A DNA stretch of 61,825 nucleotides, filler included, from Thamnocephalis sphaerospora (taxonomy: Eukaryota), in assembly GCA_003614735.1 (NCBI GenBank). It is 12 parts of 12 records of this genome, joined end to end, with 100 filler letters (N's around TTAATTAATTAA, not from the genome) between each part and the next. Parts side by side here need not be neighbours in the genome. Positions count along the whole stretch, not along the records: positions 46,492 to 51,545 come from KZ993315.1; positions 51,646 to 56,687 come from KZ993316.1; positions 56,788 to 61,825 come from KZ993317.1; 9 more parts are not named here. One strand, written 5' to 3'. The notes below the pieces were generated by a model. That model did not search any database and had not been told where the DNA came from. It was given only the letters and a program-made list of their open reading frames with translations. Made by a program: the position numbers and the translations under genes. Shown one piece after another: positions 50,946 through 61,825 of the stretch. Numbering within the stretch: position 1 is the first letter of the stretch; each line of letters starts with the position of its first letter.

Positions 50946-51473
50946 AGTACTATCTTACAAAGATTGCATATGCAATCGCAGTGTTGCTGCCATTGAAAGC
51001 CCGATCGGTCATCTTTTGTCATTCCATCTATACATGCGTACACCGCAACCACTTACCTCGGCCATCGATACTCGTACAGCCGCATAGCCTTCCAAGCTCT
51101 GATGTTGCGTGTGGACAGAATGAATAGCACGCTTTTTCCTAGCTTATTCATCTGCTCCGCGTCGTACTCTCGCGCTCCATCCTAACGCATCACATCGATT
51201 TCATCAGACTTTCCGCAGCGCGCTGCTTCATGTTTGCCGAGCATGCCCATTCAAATCTTATCAAAATCACTTATGGCCAGCAATCACTGGTGCCGAGCCT
51301 CTTGACGCAAGCTTATAGCAGCGCTTCTATTCCCTTGATCATTTTCTCACTCTCCTAGACCCTTCAAGCCAGCGCATCCAAAGTACATTCATCTCACCTA
51401 ACCCCTGGTGCCAAAAGAGCCGCAACATCGCAGTATAAAAGAGCGTTACAGCTGCAAAAAGTGAGTGCTAAAA

Positions 51474-51544
51474 TGCGTAGTCTGGGAATCGAACCCAGGT
51501 CTACCGCGTGGCAGGCGGTAATTATACCACTAAACCAACTACGC
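51474..51544 (-). tRNA. tRNA-Gly (GCC)
   Basis: GCGTAGT/ACTACGC acceptor stem, anticodon loop CTGCCAC, T-loop GTTCGATT. Confidence 0.93.
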
Positions 51545-54500
51545 TNNNNNNNNNNNNNNNNNNNNNNNNNNNNNNNNNNNNNNNNNNNNTTAATTAATTA
51601 ANNNNNNNNNNNNNNNNNNNNNNNNNNNNNNNNNNNNNNNNNNNNAGCGCTTGCTTTACTGGCTGATCATTCAGCGCCCTGCTCTAATTCCGTCGCAACT
51701 GCCTACACATGCTTCAGCGCGCCAGTAGACAAGTCGTCCCGTGATCAGCCACCACCGCGCCCGTGCGCCGTTGGCCGGCAAGACCTTGAGTGGGCGCTGC
51801 GCAGGATACTACGCGCTTCCTGTAGTTGACGTTCAGACACGGCAAACGAAGGTCTGCGCAGCGCGCGCAGCGCACGATTTCCATTAGGGCACGATATACC
51901 CGGCAAGTGCATAAAACCAAACAGCCTTCGGGCTAGCGGCCATGCCCATTTCATTATCCACTCTCTCATCCACAACCTACAATTGTCATTTTGGTACAGC
52001 AGTCTCTCTGTCGCCACACGTGGCACTCACCTTTGGCTACATCGTCGTCTACTGCTGTTCGCTTCATCGAGCTTTGCTGCAAAGCGCACAGCCGCAAACA
52101 GTGCCACCCTGTTCGTAATCCACAATCAGCCCACAATCAGTACCAAGGTGCAGCCTTGTTTCCCCTGGTTGACTGTCGCGTGTTTTTGGTAGGCTCAGTT
52201 ATGTCTGACAGGCTCCATGCCAATATCAGCGGCGCGAATGCAGTGGTGCCACCCATCGCCCTCGGTGGCCATTTATCCGTTTTGGTGGAACACAGTGCGC
52301 GTCTAAACATTTTTGAACCCGGTGTGGACCATTCGTTTAATGAAGCTATATTGGAAAACGAGACTGGCCATGAAAGTGAGAATGAGAACGAAGATGAAGA
52401 TAGTGACGAAGAGGATCAGCAGGTGCCAAGCTTTTAGTTGGCCCCTTGAATCGCCACAGATCAATTGAGCGCTCGGTTGGGCGGGCCCACTTCACACATT
52501 CCGCATCCGAGCATCTACTAGGCACAACCCTAGTTGCATCCAATAGCTAGCTGTACAGCCATGCGTCCCTAAAGCTGGCGCAGCTGTACCGCCGTCATGT
52601 CATCTTTGCACGCCATCAAGCCCCCCTCCCTTGCACCCTCGACGATGTCGCCAGTTTGCAGACCTACAGTAGTTTGATATGTCCTTTTGTGCATAACAAC
52701 CATCACCGGGTGCTGCGCGCCCCAATGTCACTCGCTAGTGTTGCTTGTGCCACTTTGCCTCCTGAATGCCTCGGTGCGTCCTGCTATTTGGTGCACTGCC
52801 GCACGCGTGGCTATAATAAACATGACGAATACCGCTTTATTTCTTCAAAACCAACTGTTGCCGATGAGGCATGCATGTCTTGCTCCCAGCACCCGTTGCG
52901 CTACGCATTATCTCGCCGCGCAGAAATGCTTTTCTGCCGTCACTGACTAACCTCTTTCCTGTGCACGCCTGCGCCGCGCAAGTGCATATCCCAGTTCAAT
53001 ATCCAGCTCTCTTGTCACACCCTTCTTCTGGTCGTATGGTGGTCAAAGCACATCGACCGACTGTGTAGTGTACCTTAAGCGCCTAGTACTGCTGAAATGC
53101 ATGGGCGACATAGTGCTGACTGGTTGTGTTCTGCAGTTTTGGCACTGTATCTTTGTCCGTCCCCGGCCCTCACAGCTCGACACTTGTACAAACGACACAT
53201 ACACCCGCTACATTAATTAGTCATGGTTACCAGCCGCTACAGTGCGCCGTGACCTGCAACGAATGCTCTGTACTCTAGATGGACATGCGTAAAACCAGCC
53301 AATCACGCTTCAGATCGCATACCGATGTACGGTAGATCAACGCCAAAGGCAGCAGGTAAAGACAGCGCACGCTGTATCATACTTGCACTAGATGACGGCT
53401 CTATCGTCCGCAGAGACGACGAAAGCACTAGCGTATTAGCTCTCTCAAAGGTCAAATGGCAGTGTGTCGTAGCATCCGACGACGGCAGCGCCGCCGCGTG
53501 ACCAGATCATCTGCAAACAAGTCCGAGGCATGTCTGAAGGAGCGTATCGGATCAAAAAGATGGCATTGCCAAGAACGGAGAGCTCCGTGTGGGTGCGTGT
53601 GAACATGGTGATATAGCACCTGACAACGCAACGCCTGCAAAGGCAGGCGGCGACAAAAAGGCAATCCTTTGTATCAGCCTTTGGTAGCGGATGAAGCGGC
53701 ATGGCACCATTGCTAATAGGACGGTGTTCACCACCTGTCACTATGATACGTAGTTCTTGGCTAGCGTGACTCCCAACGTCCATTGCAGGCCCCATTTTCT
53801 TGCGTTGGAAGGATTGCCTGGCATTCGCGCTGTCCTATGACTGACACAAGGGCTAATGCCACGCCTGGTGCATTAGCAGGCACAGGATTAGCCTTTGCAG
53901 CGTAGCTGTATAGACGCAAATAGCTGCAGACCCGCTGATCCATGTTTTCTCTTGCTGTATACAGCGGTTCTACCAATGCAAGCAGGCTGCCCCGGCTTGG
54001 CCAGGCACTAAGCCATCATGCATGATTCACACTTACGAGGAAACTGTCCGACTGCGTCGTCTGCCTTGTCCAAGGCTAATCCTGGTGGCTGCAGCTGCTT
54101 TCATAATGGCAGCGTTTTTGCAACGTGGCCGCAGCGGGCGCTTGGCAAACATCTGGCGCCTAGACGCAGGCAAGTCTGTCACTGAAAGCGGAATATAATG
54201 CCAATGTTGCGGGCGTTGAATAGCACTTGCTGTCACGTCTTGCTCGGCTACGTCTCCGTATAACGCCTTTCCCTGTCTCAGCCTTGTGGCCAGTCGGTAT
54301 TTAAGTTACGCACCGAAACACTTCCCAACGAGTACCATCATCACCGTCCATCACGGCCTAGTAGCCTGCTATCTTTTTAGCAAAGCACGCCCCGGCCTCA
54401 AGCCCCAGCTTGTTTCTTGCCCTACCCTACCACCCGCTGTACAAGAACGTGTCGCGGCGCAATCTGGCGTGGTCAGACACATACCAAAGCCTTACCTGTA

Positions 54501-56305
54501 GTGTCACTGCTGCGCATCTCTTCCACTTTGTGCGGCTAGTACATGCTCAGAAAAGCGCCAGTCGTCACAACAGCCCTCCCAACAACCGCCACTATCGCTA
54601 TACCCCCTCCACTATCCGCTACATCTGTCCGTAACAATGAGCGACATACATGCCGCCAACCCCGCCAACGCCTATGAAACCCCCTCGGGTGTTTGGGAAA
54701 CGCAAATGCTACACCTACGTATCCAAGGTAAGACAAGAAATCCATCGGTGGTACGCTATACTGTGTCGCTAACACGCTTGTCCGTTCATGTAGAGCGTCA
54801 CCCAAAAGTCGAGATAATCCGTCCAATGTCTCAGAGTGATCTAAACCGACAAGTGCATATCGTGCCGGCCGCTGTAGTACGCCCCAACGCAGCACCGGCA
54901 CGCAGTGCCAGGAATGTAGAAAGCCCGCTGGTGCCTGATCTTTTTGGCGGGCATTAATGTAATTTTGCCAATCTGCGCATCCGGCAGATATGCAGACGTC
55001 ACCGATGCTGTTGCCGTCTTGCGCACATGGCAGTCAGTAGCCATGTGCGCCAGCATCGCCGTCTTGAACTATTCTCTCACCATCTTTGCCTTCGTGTATA
55101 AGCCTGCCGACGTCCACCATGCGATTCCTTTTTTTACCGCGTACCACTGTTTTTACAAGTTGTTTCGGCGCCCTTGCAGATGGCAGCGCCAGTTTTGGTG
55201 CCCTTTTGGCACGTGCAAACCTGCGCATCAGTCTACAAGGTCGGCAAACATCGCACCAAGCCTTTTAGTGCTTTTCGATGGCCACGCTTTCTTGTCCGCC
55301 ACTTAGACAACCACAGTCTCCTTGCCTGTAATTTTCACACAGGCAGTAAACTTGCCAATACACCATTCTAGGACGCTCTGTCCTACGCCTACCCTGTACA
55401 ATGAATGCAGTACCTGACGTCATATACGCACACTGTTCAATGCTGCCAACCGATAGCTATATGCTGGCTTGAACAAACGAGTAAACGTTTAACTTGTAAA
55501 CTTGTTACGTACATGATTGCTGAGCCTGGGGGTTATAGTGGAACAATGCTTTTGTCGCTGCGCCAAATGCTTTTTGATAGCTGCAGATGACCGCTGACTG
55601 AGAGAGAAACACAACTGTCGGCAACTGGTATGCATATAAACACGCGCACGCACGCACGTATGTGAGAATCTCCGCCAGCCTGAAGCAAGGAAAGAATTGC
55701 AGGGAGAGAAAAGTTTGCAGTGTCGAGTGACCGGATCATGCTTCAATGTCTGCATCGACCGCTTTATATGACGCATATTGCGCTGAACCAGCAAGGTCGC
55801 CAAGAGCCAGCGGTCCAAAAGTCCAAGGATAGATCACCCAGGCACATGATGAATGCTGTTTGACGCATACTCTTGCAATGGGCCGCCAAATCAACAGAGG
55901 AGGGCAGGACAACAGTTGACACGCATAAGATATGCCACATGGAGGCGTGCAAAGGTGCCGTGTCTGCTATTTTTTGTCAGCAAACCTTTGGCTTGGCTTG
56001 CCGCAGCGACACAGCAGCAACGGTGCATAAGCCGATGCCCGAAAAGCAGGCATTTGGCCGCCGCCCGTTGGCCAAGACCGCCTTTGCTGTGTTTGGCAGC
56101 ACGGCAGTGTTTTTGTCAGCAGGCAAGTACTGCCTTTTGGCCACCAGCGCGCATTCTGTAGACGCTCTGTAGGCGTCTATAAGCCCTTTGGCGGGCTGCT
56201 TCCCCAGTCTGGCCAGCAAATCGCCAAAATTCAAGTCGCCCTGGTGCAAAATTGTGTAAAATTTGATATAGTCGAGGGTATCTCTGCATTTTCCGGAAAT
56301 GTGAA

Positions 56306-56378
56306 GCCCGGTTAGCTCAATCGGTAGAGCGTGAGACTCTTAATCTCAAGGTTGCGGGTTCGACCCCCGCATTGGGCT
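56306..56378 (+). tRNA. tRNA-Lys (CTT)
   Basis: GCCCGGTTAGCTCAATCGGTAGAGC, anticodon loop CTCTTAA, GGTTCGACCC, downstream T-run. Confidence 0.95.
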
Positions 56379-57486
56379 CTCTTTTGCGCCTTGTGCTGCT
56401 GATCTAGCGTACACGTGACCATTTTGTTCTCGTCTGCTTTGCTTGGTCTTTTTTCATGCACCTTGCTATCGGAGCCCTTTGGCACTGGCAAAGCAGCGCG
56501 CACTGCTTAAACCACGCCGATTGATGGGCAAGTACACCTGGGAAACCCTGCTCAATGGCTTCAAGTGTTTGCATGTCATAAGCAGAAACGGTGAGACTTT
56601 TTTTGCTGGCGCGGACACGAACATTATTCGTTGAACATAACTCGCGCCAAGAGGGACGCTGCTGATTAATCTCTTGTGTCGACATGTNNNNNNNNNNNNN
56701 NNNNNNNNNNNNNNNNNNNNNNNNNNNNNNNTTAATTAATTAANNNNNNNNNNNNNNNNNNNNNNNNNNNNNNNNNNNNNNNNNNNNAAATATCGGTCCA
56801 CAGGACCAGATCAGGTGTCAAGCACTCCAGTGTATGCGACTGCAGCGCAGAAGACGATAACGCATCCAGTGGGACTTGACGGGACTAATGCCGGTGATCC
56901 CGATGCTTTGGCTTATGCCGACATGGGACAGAGTGAGACGATGGGAGGATGGGCGCCTGACCTGTGAACATTTCAGCGTCGCCGTTGGCAAGATTCAGAC
57001 GCGCCTAGTAGTAAGTCGTGCTGCCATGGCAATAGCGAGCAGCTATAATTTATTTCTATATTACTCTCTGATAAATGGCGATCGGCGAAGGGGGTATCTG
57101 CAGGGTAATATGCCACGCAGTGCATGTACTGCACTAGAGTTTGTTCCAGTCGGATGCGAATGGAAGCTAGTACCAATAGGACAATGCTCAAGGCTCTCAG
57201 CGGCCACTCTGGGAATCCGGAGAAGCGCAGACAGATATAGCGGATCGGCCTTGTCACTGCTTGCACAGGTGGACGACAGAGAGAGAGAGAGAGAGAAAAG
57301 AAGAGCTGCTCGATTTGCGTCTGGAATGGCATCTGCGCAGTGTCTATGCATATACTGCACGTAAGGGTGAGCAGCCCAACCGGATGCCAACGTCCAGGAT
57401 GGTATGGTCCGGGATCCTTGCAGTGGTGGGTACTGATGGCGTAGCTTGTGTGAACAGGTGAATGTGGCCAAACCGGTGCGAACCGG

Positions 57487-58149
57487 TTAGCACTTCTGAG
57501 TAATCTGGCATTTGCTACACCTTTCGTCGGCACCCAAGAACAGGCAGAAAAGGCCCACGGGAAAGCACATGACGGCCCAGCAGATGCCGCATGCAGTAAA
57601 ATCTTTCTGCCAGTCGTGTCCACGGCCGTCGATGCACAGCATATGCGCGCTGAAAGCTGTGTGCTGAGCAGCTGCTGATTGCGTCGTCTGCATTTGCTGC
57701 GTGCCGCGGTTAGCAGGATGTACCGAGCGCCTAGCAGACTGGTGGTCATGGCCGGGCGACGGCTTTCTGCCACGCGGTACAGCATATGCTGACCGGCCGG
57801 TTGTTGTTGGCCTGCGACCGGGTAATGGTCGCACAACATATCCGGCGGGTGGCACTGGCTGGTCAACAGCCGTATACGTATGGTCTGGTAACGGCGATGT
57901 GACATAGCCCGTGGCCGGATAACGGTGTTCGAGCGGTGATGGCTGTGCTTCATAAAGCGTATATGGATGGCTATAGTTTTGCGGTGGCTGCGCGGCGTAG
58001 CCGACGGGCGGACAGTCATAGCCATGCCATGGTGCCATATTGTAATGGCTAGGAGGTGCCGGCCGGTCGACTACCGGCGAGCCATATCCAGGTAGTGGTA
58101 ATGGCGTTGCACGACGCGTCTCTTCCATAGCCTCACCGCTTTGAGCCAT
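57487..58149 (-). CDS. BRI3/DUF2367-like protein 1 (P/Y-rich N-terminus, C-terminal Cys-rich membrane domain)
   Basis: CIDGRGHDWQKDFTACGICWAVMCFPVGLFCL...RCSKC. Confidence 0.75.
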   Translation of the reverse strand: MAQSGEAMEETRRATPLPLPGYGSPVVDRPAPPSHYNMAPWHGYDCPPVGYAAQPPQNYSHPYTLYEAQPSPLEHRYPATGYVTSPLPDHTYTAVDQPVPPAGYVVRPLPGRRPTTTGRSAYAVPRGRKPSPGHDHQSARRSVHPANRGTQQMQTTQSAAAQHTAFSAHMLCIDGRGHDWQKDFTACGICWAVMCFPVGLFCLFLGADERCSKCQITQKC

Positions 58150-58440
58150 ACTTGCAGTGTGTAAAGTAGAGAGCAGCAATGCAAAGGGGAATTCTATGTG
58201 CAATGACAAGAAAGACAGTTGGAGTGGAGCCAAAGGGTAAATCAAGGCGTGCTCTATGCCGTGCTGGCTTCACACCTAAGATGGGCGGCAGGTGATGCAT
58301 AGGATACAGCATTTACGAATTATTACTAACAAAGGTACAAGCATGCGACAATGCACATGCGAACAATACAAGGCGGGTGCTGCGACCGGCACCGTGCCGG
58401 GTCGCCTTATAGAGTCAAGCCGCCGTTTGCGGGACTTGTG

Positions 58441-60015
58441 CTACAGAGTCTGATGGCAGCGCTGGCAGCGTCGCTTAGAGCTCATATAACAGCAAAGCGC
58501 GCCGCATGGAAATAAAAGGATGAGCCAGCAGAAGCTGCTCATGGTGTACTCTCGTTTGAAGTGGTGTTCATGACCGTCCACACACAGTTGTCCAGCGTCA
58601 TTGGCGTATTGTTGACTGGCCGACAATTGGGGATACTGTGATGGTTCAGCCTGCTGCTGCGATGATGCCCATCCAGTCGGGGTGTCATCCGCAGTAATAG
58701 CATTTCTGTGCGGCATATCATGCGATGCAGATGCTGGATGGGCCGAATCTGTGGTGGTGAGCAGACTGCGTCGATATGGCTCCGAGTAGTAGTAGAGTCG
58801 GGCGGGCAATACAGGTCGCTCGATCGGCGGTGGCAGCGATGCGGCAAAGGCGGGCATGTAGGGTTCGCCAAGGGTGTGCGCATTGTTTGCAAAGTAACTG
58901 GTGGTGGAGGGAGCCGCGTTGCTGTTGTGCGCATAGTATGCGTTCCACATAGCCGGTTGCATGATGGTAGGACTGACGGGTGCGGCAGCGTCGGACACGG
59001 CCTCTGCAGAGGTTCTTTCGTCATCTATGCCGTCGGACGTCTGGAATGTTGGCACGCTTTGCCGACTCGTCGACGTGAAAGGCGCGGGCCCTGTGCTTTC
59101 TGCAGCGTCACCGGTGCTGTGGAGATCCGCCGATGCGCTTGCGTCTGTCTCATCCACGCTGTGGCTCTTGGTCGAACGGCGTCTTCGCCACCAGCGACGC
59201 ACACCAAAGGAAGGCGTGCTTGTTACGGCACCATCACTGTCCACCGCGTGTGTTGACACTGGTGCCAATTCGATTGATGCACCCGGAGACTCTGCCACAG
59301 CAGAGCTTACTGGTGCGTGTCTTGACTCGGAATCGTCAGTGCTCTTGGATGCGCGCTTTTTCGAGCGCTGTTTCCGACGATTGCCCAGCGCGAAAGAGTA
59401 GAGAAAGTGCCATGGTCGACGACGCATGGACTTTGGATGCGACTCTGCCATCCTAATGCCGCTACCCCCGCTACTGGCACCGGCGTCATTGTATTCGCTC
59501 TGCTCCACGTCTTCCTGAAGCGGCAGCAGAGTATTGTCTGGCGACGTGAAGCCAGGCCAACCGCGGGCACGTGAGCTTGTAAGGGTGCTCTCGTTCCAGA
59601 GCGCGGTAAATGACACAGTTCCGATTGCGTCGCGCACATCCTCCATTAGCAGCACACTATCCTGCGCATCCGACGGTTCTCCACTTTCTGCAAATCTGCG
59701 TCTTCCCGTTGTAGTCGAGCCCACATCTCCCGGATTTTCCCGACCATCCGATGTCACATAAAACGGCGTGCTGCCGGCGGAACCTTGCGAGGAGGAGGTG
59801 CGCTGCGAGTCGCGCGAGTCGATCGAAATGGCTGGGTAAGGTGTGTCGGCGGCCCACCGATCCAGACCAGCAAGCTGTGCGGCGGAGACGGCTGGCTGAC
59901 CGGTTGATGGGTCTACAGCAGATGTTTGTTCGCTAGCATTGGCGTGCTCAGACGTACTTGGCACACGGTTATGTTGGCCTGTCTCGCGTTGCTCTTCTGG
60001 CGAAAGTGACGACAT
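58441..60015 (-). CDS. BRI3/DUF2367-like protein 2 (long disordered N-terminus)
   Basis: CVDGHEHHFKREYTMSSFCWLILLFPCGALCC...RCQRC. Confidence 0.75.
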   Translation of the reverse strand: MSSLSPEEQRETGQHNRVPSTSEHANASEQTSAVDPSTGQPAVSAAQLAGLDRWAADTPYPAISIDSRDSQRTSSSQGSAGSTPFYVTSDGRENPGDVGSTTTGRRRFAESGEPSDAQDSVLLMEDVRDAIGTVSFTALWNESTLTSSRARGWPGFTSPDNTLLPLQEDVEQSEYNDAGASSGGSGIRMAESHPKSMRRRPWHFLYSFALGNRRKQRSKKRASKSTDDSESRHAPVSSAVAESPGASIELAPVSTHAVDSDGAVTSTPSFGVRRWWRRRRSTKSHSVDETDASASADLHSTGDAAESTGPAPFTSTSRQSVPTFQTSDGIDDERTSAEAVSDAAAPVSPTIMQPAMWNAYYAHNSNAAPSTTSYFANNAHTLGEPYMPAFAASLPPPIERPVLPARLYYYSEPYRRSLLTTTDSAHPASASHDMPHRNAITADDTPTGWASSQQQAEPSQYPQLSASQQYANDAGQLCVDGHEHHFKREYTMSSFCWLILLFPCGALCCYMSSKRRCQRCHQTL

Positions 60016-60652
60016 CTAGTGTGGTGGCTGGAGTGCCTGGCAAAGCAGCCTGTCACCTTGTGCTCTAGCTTGGCGCACAGTCGCCTCTGTCAGTCAATAA
60101 AAATACCACAAACAGTACTGCGGCAGTGTCGGCTGCAGCCAGGGTTTTACTACAAACAACGGGGACAATTTCTCTATTGGCGGCAGCTGTGGCGTCCGCA
60201 CGAATGCCGAGATGACAAGCACAGAATGAGCGAAGGGAGCGATGAGTAGCGTGGCGTAGCAGGCGGGCAAGTGACCAAAAGTAGTGCGCTCATGCGGGTC
60301 ACAGGGCGCTTTTTGGTGCGACAACATGCTAAAATAGCAGTGATGCGGGCCAGCAGGAACGGCAGTGCCGGCGTCGGCTGCGTGGCCGTGTACACGGCCA
60401 AACGGCCAACAGCACCTGCATGCAAGATATGCCTGGTAGAGCGGCGCTGTAGACGCATGAGCAAGGCCGCTTGCCCGGCGGCAGTGCGCGTGGCCGCGTT
60501 CCACGCGTCTCAACAGCAACTTGGTAGACGTCCAGCACTGGCGACGCTAGCGACGTCTACACGCGTTCACGGATATACCTGAATGCCTTTAATATAATGA
60601 ACGCTGCTGTAGTAACAAACAGTCGCTGCGCAAATAAAGTGGGTACGGCTGC

Positions 60653-61825
60653 TCAAGATGATCCTTGCTTTCTTTCAGCCTGACATTTCATACAACGGTC
60701 GTACGCGCTCGAAGTGCAGAAGAGTAGGCCGCACGGAAACAGGCACACGGCCAGCGTAATGCCGAGTGCGGTGTATTCCCTGTTCCAATGGTGCGCCAAA
60801 CCGTCAATGCACGCGTTGCCACCAGCCAGCTGGCGTCCTCCGACCGCAGCTGCCGTCGGCTGACCGACTTTCATCGGTGACGTAGCGTACGTGACCGGTG
60901 CAGCCGCGGTCACGGCGGCTTTGTGCGGCAACACCGACGGCTGCGGAACGACTATCGGCTGCACTTGCACAGGCTGACCTATCGCCGGTTGCGCCATCAC
61001 CCCGCCATGCATAGGTACATGTGGTTGCGTGTGCACGGGTATGCTGCCGTGCGCCGCCACGCTCTGCTTGCCAACAGTTGACACACTGCCGTACATCGAC
61101 GTGTGAGGGCTGCTAGTCACTGGTACGCCGCCGTACATTGACATATGCGGGTTGCTAACGGCTGGTATGGCATTCTGCACGGGTGCGTACGAGCTGCTAA
61201 CCACAGGCATGCCGTGTACGGACATGTGGGGATTGCCGACAACTGGCACGGTACCATACACTGATGCATGCGGGTTTGCAACTACGGGCGCGCCGCCATG
61301 GACCGGCATAGGCGAGACGCCGGTAACTGGCACGTGAGCATATCCCACTGGTACATTTTGCGGGGCGCCTTGTTTGCCTGGCTTGCCTGGCTTTCCCTCC
61401 TTGTCCTTCTTCTTCTTCTTCTTCTTCTGCTGTTGCTGCTGCTGCTGCATCGTATACTGAAGTGTTTGCTGAGCAGCACCCTGTGCAAAGGCAAGGGCCA
61501 TATCCTGTGGATTTGTCTGGTTGTCGCCTTGGCCTGAACCGGCACCCTCATGAAATTGGTAGGTATACGCCGTATCGGCGGCGGCATGCTCATTGCCGAA
61601 TCCTGTGTAATCACCGGCGCCGCCAAAGTCGGTAGCGCCAAAGTCGGTAGCGCCAAAGTCGGTAGTGCCGAAATCAGTGGCGCCAAAGTCGCCGCCACCA
61701 AAATCGCCAGCACCAAAGTCTCCAGCGCCAAAATCACCAGCGCCAAAGTCTCCAGTGCCAAAATCGTCACCGCCAAAATCGCCACCGCCAAAATCACCAG
61801 CGCCAAAATCGCCGCCACCAAAGTC
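60653..61825 (-). CDS. BRI3/DUF2367-like protein 3, 5' truncated, with DFGxx repeats and poly-Q/poly-K tracts
   Basis: Frame is open from the window end; CIDGLAHHWNREYTALGITLAVCLFPCGLLFC...RCMKC. Confidence 0.75.
   Translation of the reverse strand, partial: DFGGGDFGAGDFGGGDFGGDDFGTGDFGAGDFGAGDFGAGDFGGGDFGATDFGTTDFGATDFGATDFGGAGDYTGFGNEHAAADTAYTYQFHEGAGSGQGDNQTNPQDMALAFAQGAAQQTLQYTMQQQQQQQKKKKKKKDKEGKPGKPGKQGAPQNVPVGYAHVPVTGVSPMPVHGGAPVVANPHASVYGTVPVVGNPHMSVHGMPVVSSSYAPVQNAIPAVSNPHMSMYGGVPVTSSPHTSMYGSVSTVGKQSVAAHGSIPVHTQPHVPMHGGVMAQPAIGQPVQVQPIVVPQPSVLPHKAAVTAAAPVTYATSPMKVGQPTAAAVGGRQLAGGNACIDGLAHHWNREYTALGITLAVCLFPCGLLFCTSSAYDRCMKCQAERKQGSS
61616..61825 (-). repeat. 15-bp coding minisatellite, at least 14 units encoding DFG(G/A/T)(G/T/D/A)
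   Basis: GAYTTYGGN-NNN-NNN units, in frame with the BRI3-like ORF; runs to the window end. Confidence 0.9.

Noticed and set aside
61282..61821. Hydrophobic 179-aa ORF (MVAAILALVILA...) as a membrane protein
   Set aside because: It is an alternative frame of the DFG minisatellite; codon variation favours the DFG frame, which is continuous with the BRI3-like ORF.

Overview
This window is not one locus. It is 12 unlinked ~5 kb contigs joined by artificial 100-nt spacers (N44-TTAATTAATTAA-N44). The DNA is from an intron-rich, GC-rich early-diverging fungus. Zoopagomycota (Thamnocephalis/Syncephalis-like) is my inference from gene style and divergent rRNA, and a chimeric rDNA junction suggests an amplified (single-cell type) assembly. 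Recognisable genes are Rheb, LPD1, DBP4, a CDC11-type septin, RAT1/XRN2, an RRN6/TAF1C-like gene, a HUL5/UBE3C HECT ligase, an APSES protein, LTA4H, ERV25, S1/P1 nucleases, a MARVEL-like protein, a CECR5-type HAD hydrolase, F-box genes, partial rDNA (18S-ITS1-5.8S-ITS2-25S) and three tRNAs. Four signals stand out. (1) Two tandem DIRS/Ngaro-type tyrosine-recombinase-fold genes have lost catalytic residues, sit among host genes and show no transposon context (candidate domestication). (2) A non-coding four-intron snoRNA host gene carries C/D guides that exactly match the 25S rRNA in this window. (3) A membrane protein appears to join a Frizzled-like CRD to ELAPOR-like modules. (4) Three BRI3-like genes lie in tandem. 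All calls come from reading the sequence by eye; no searches were run.
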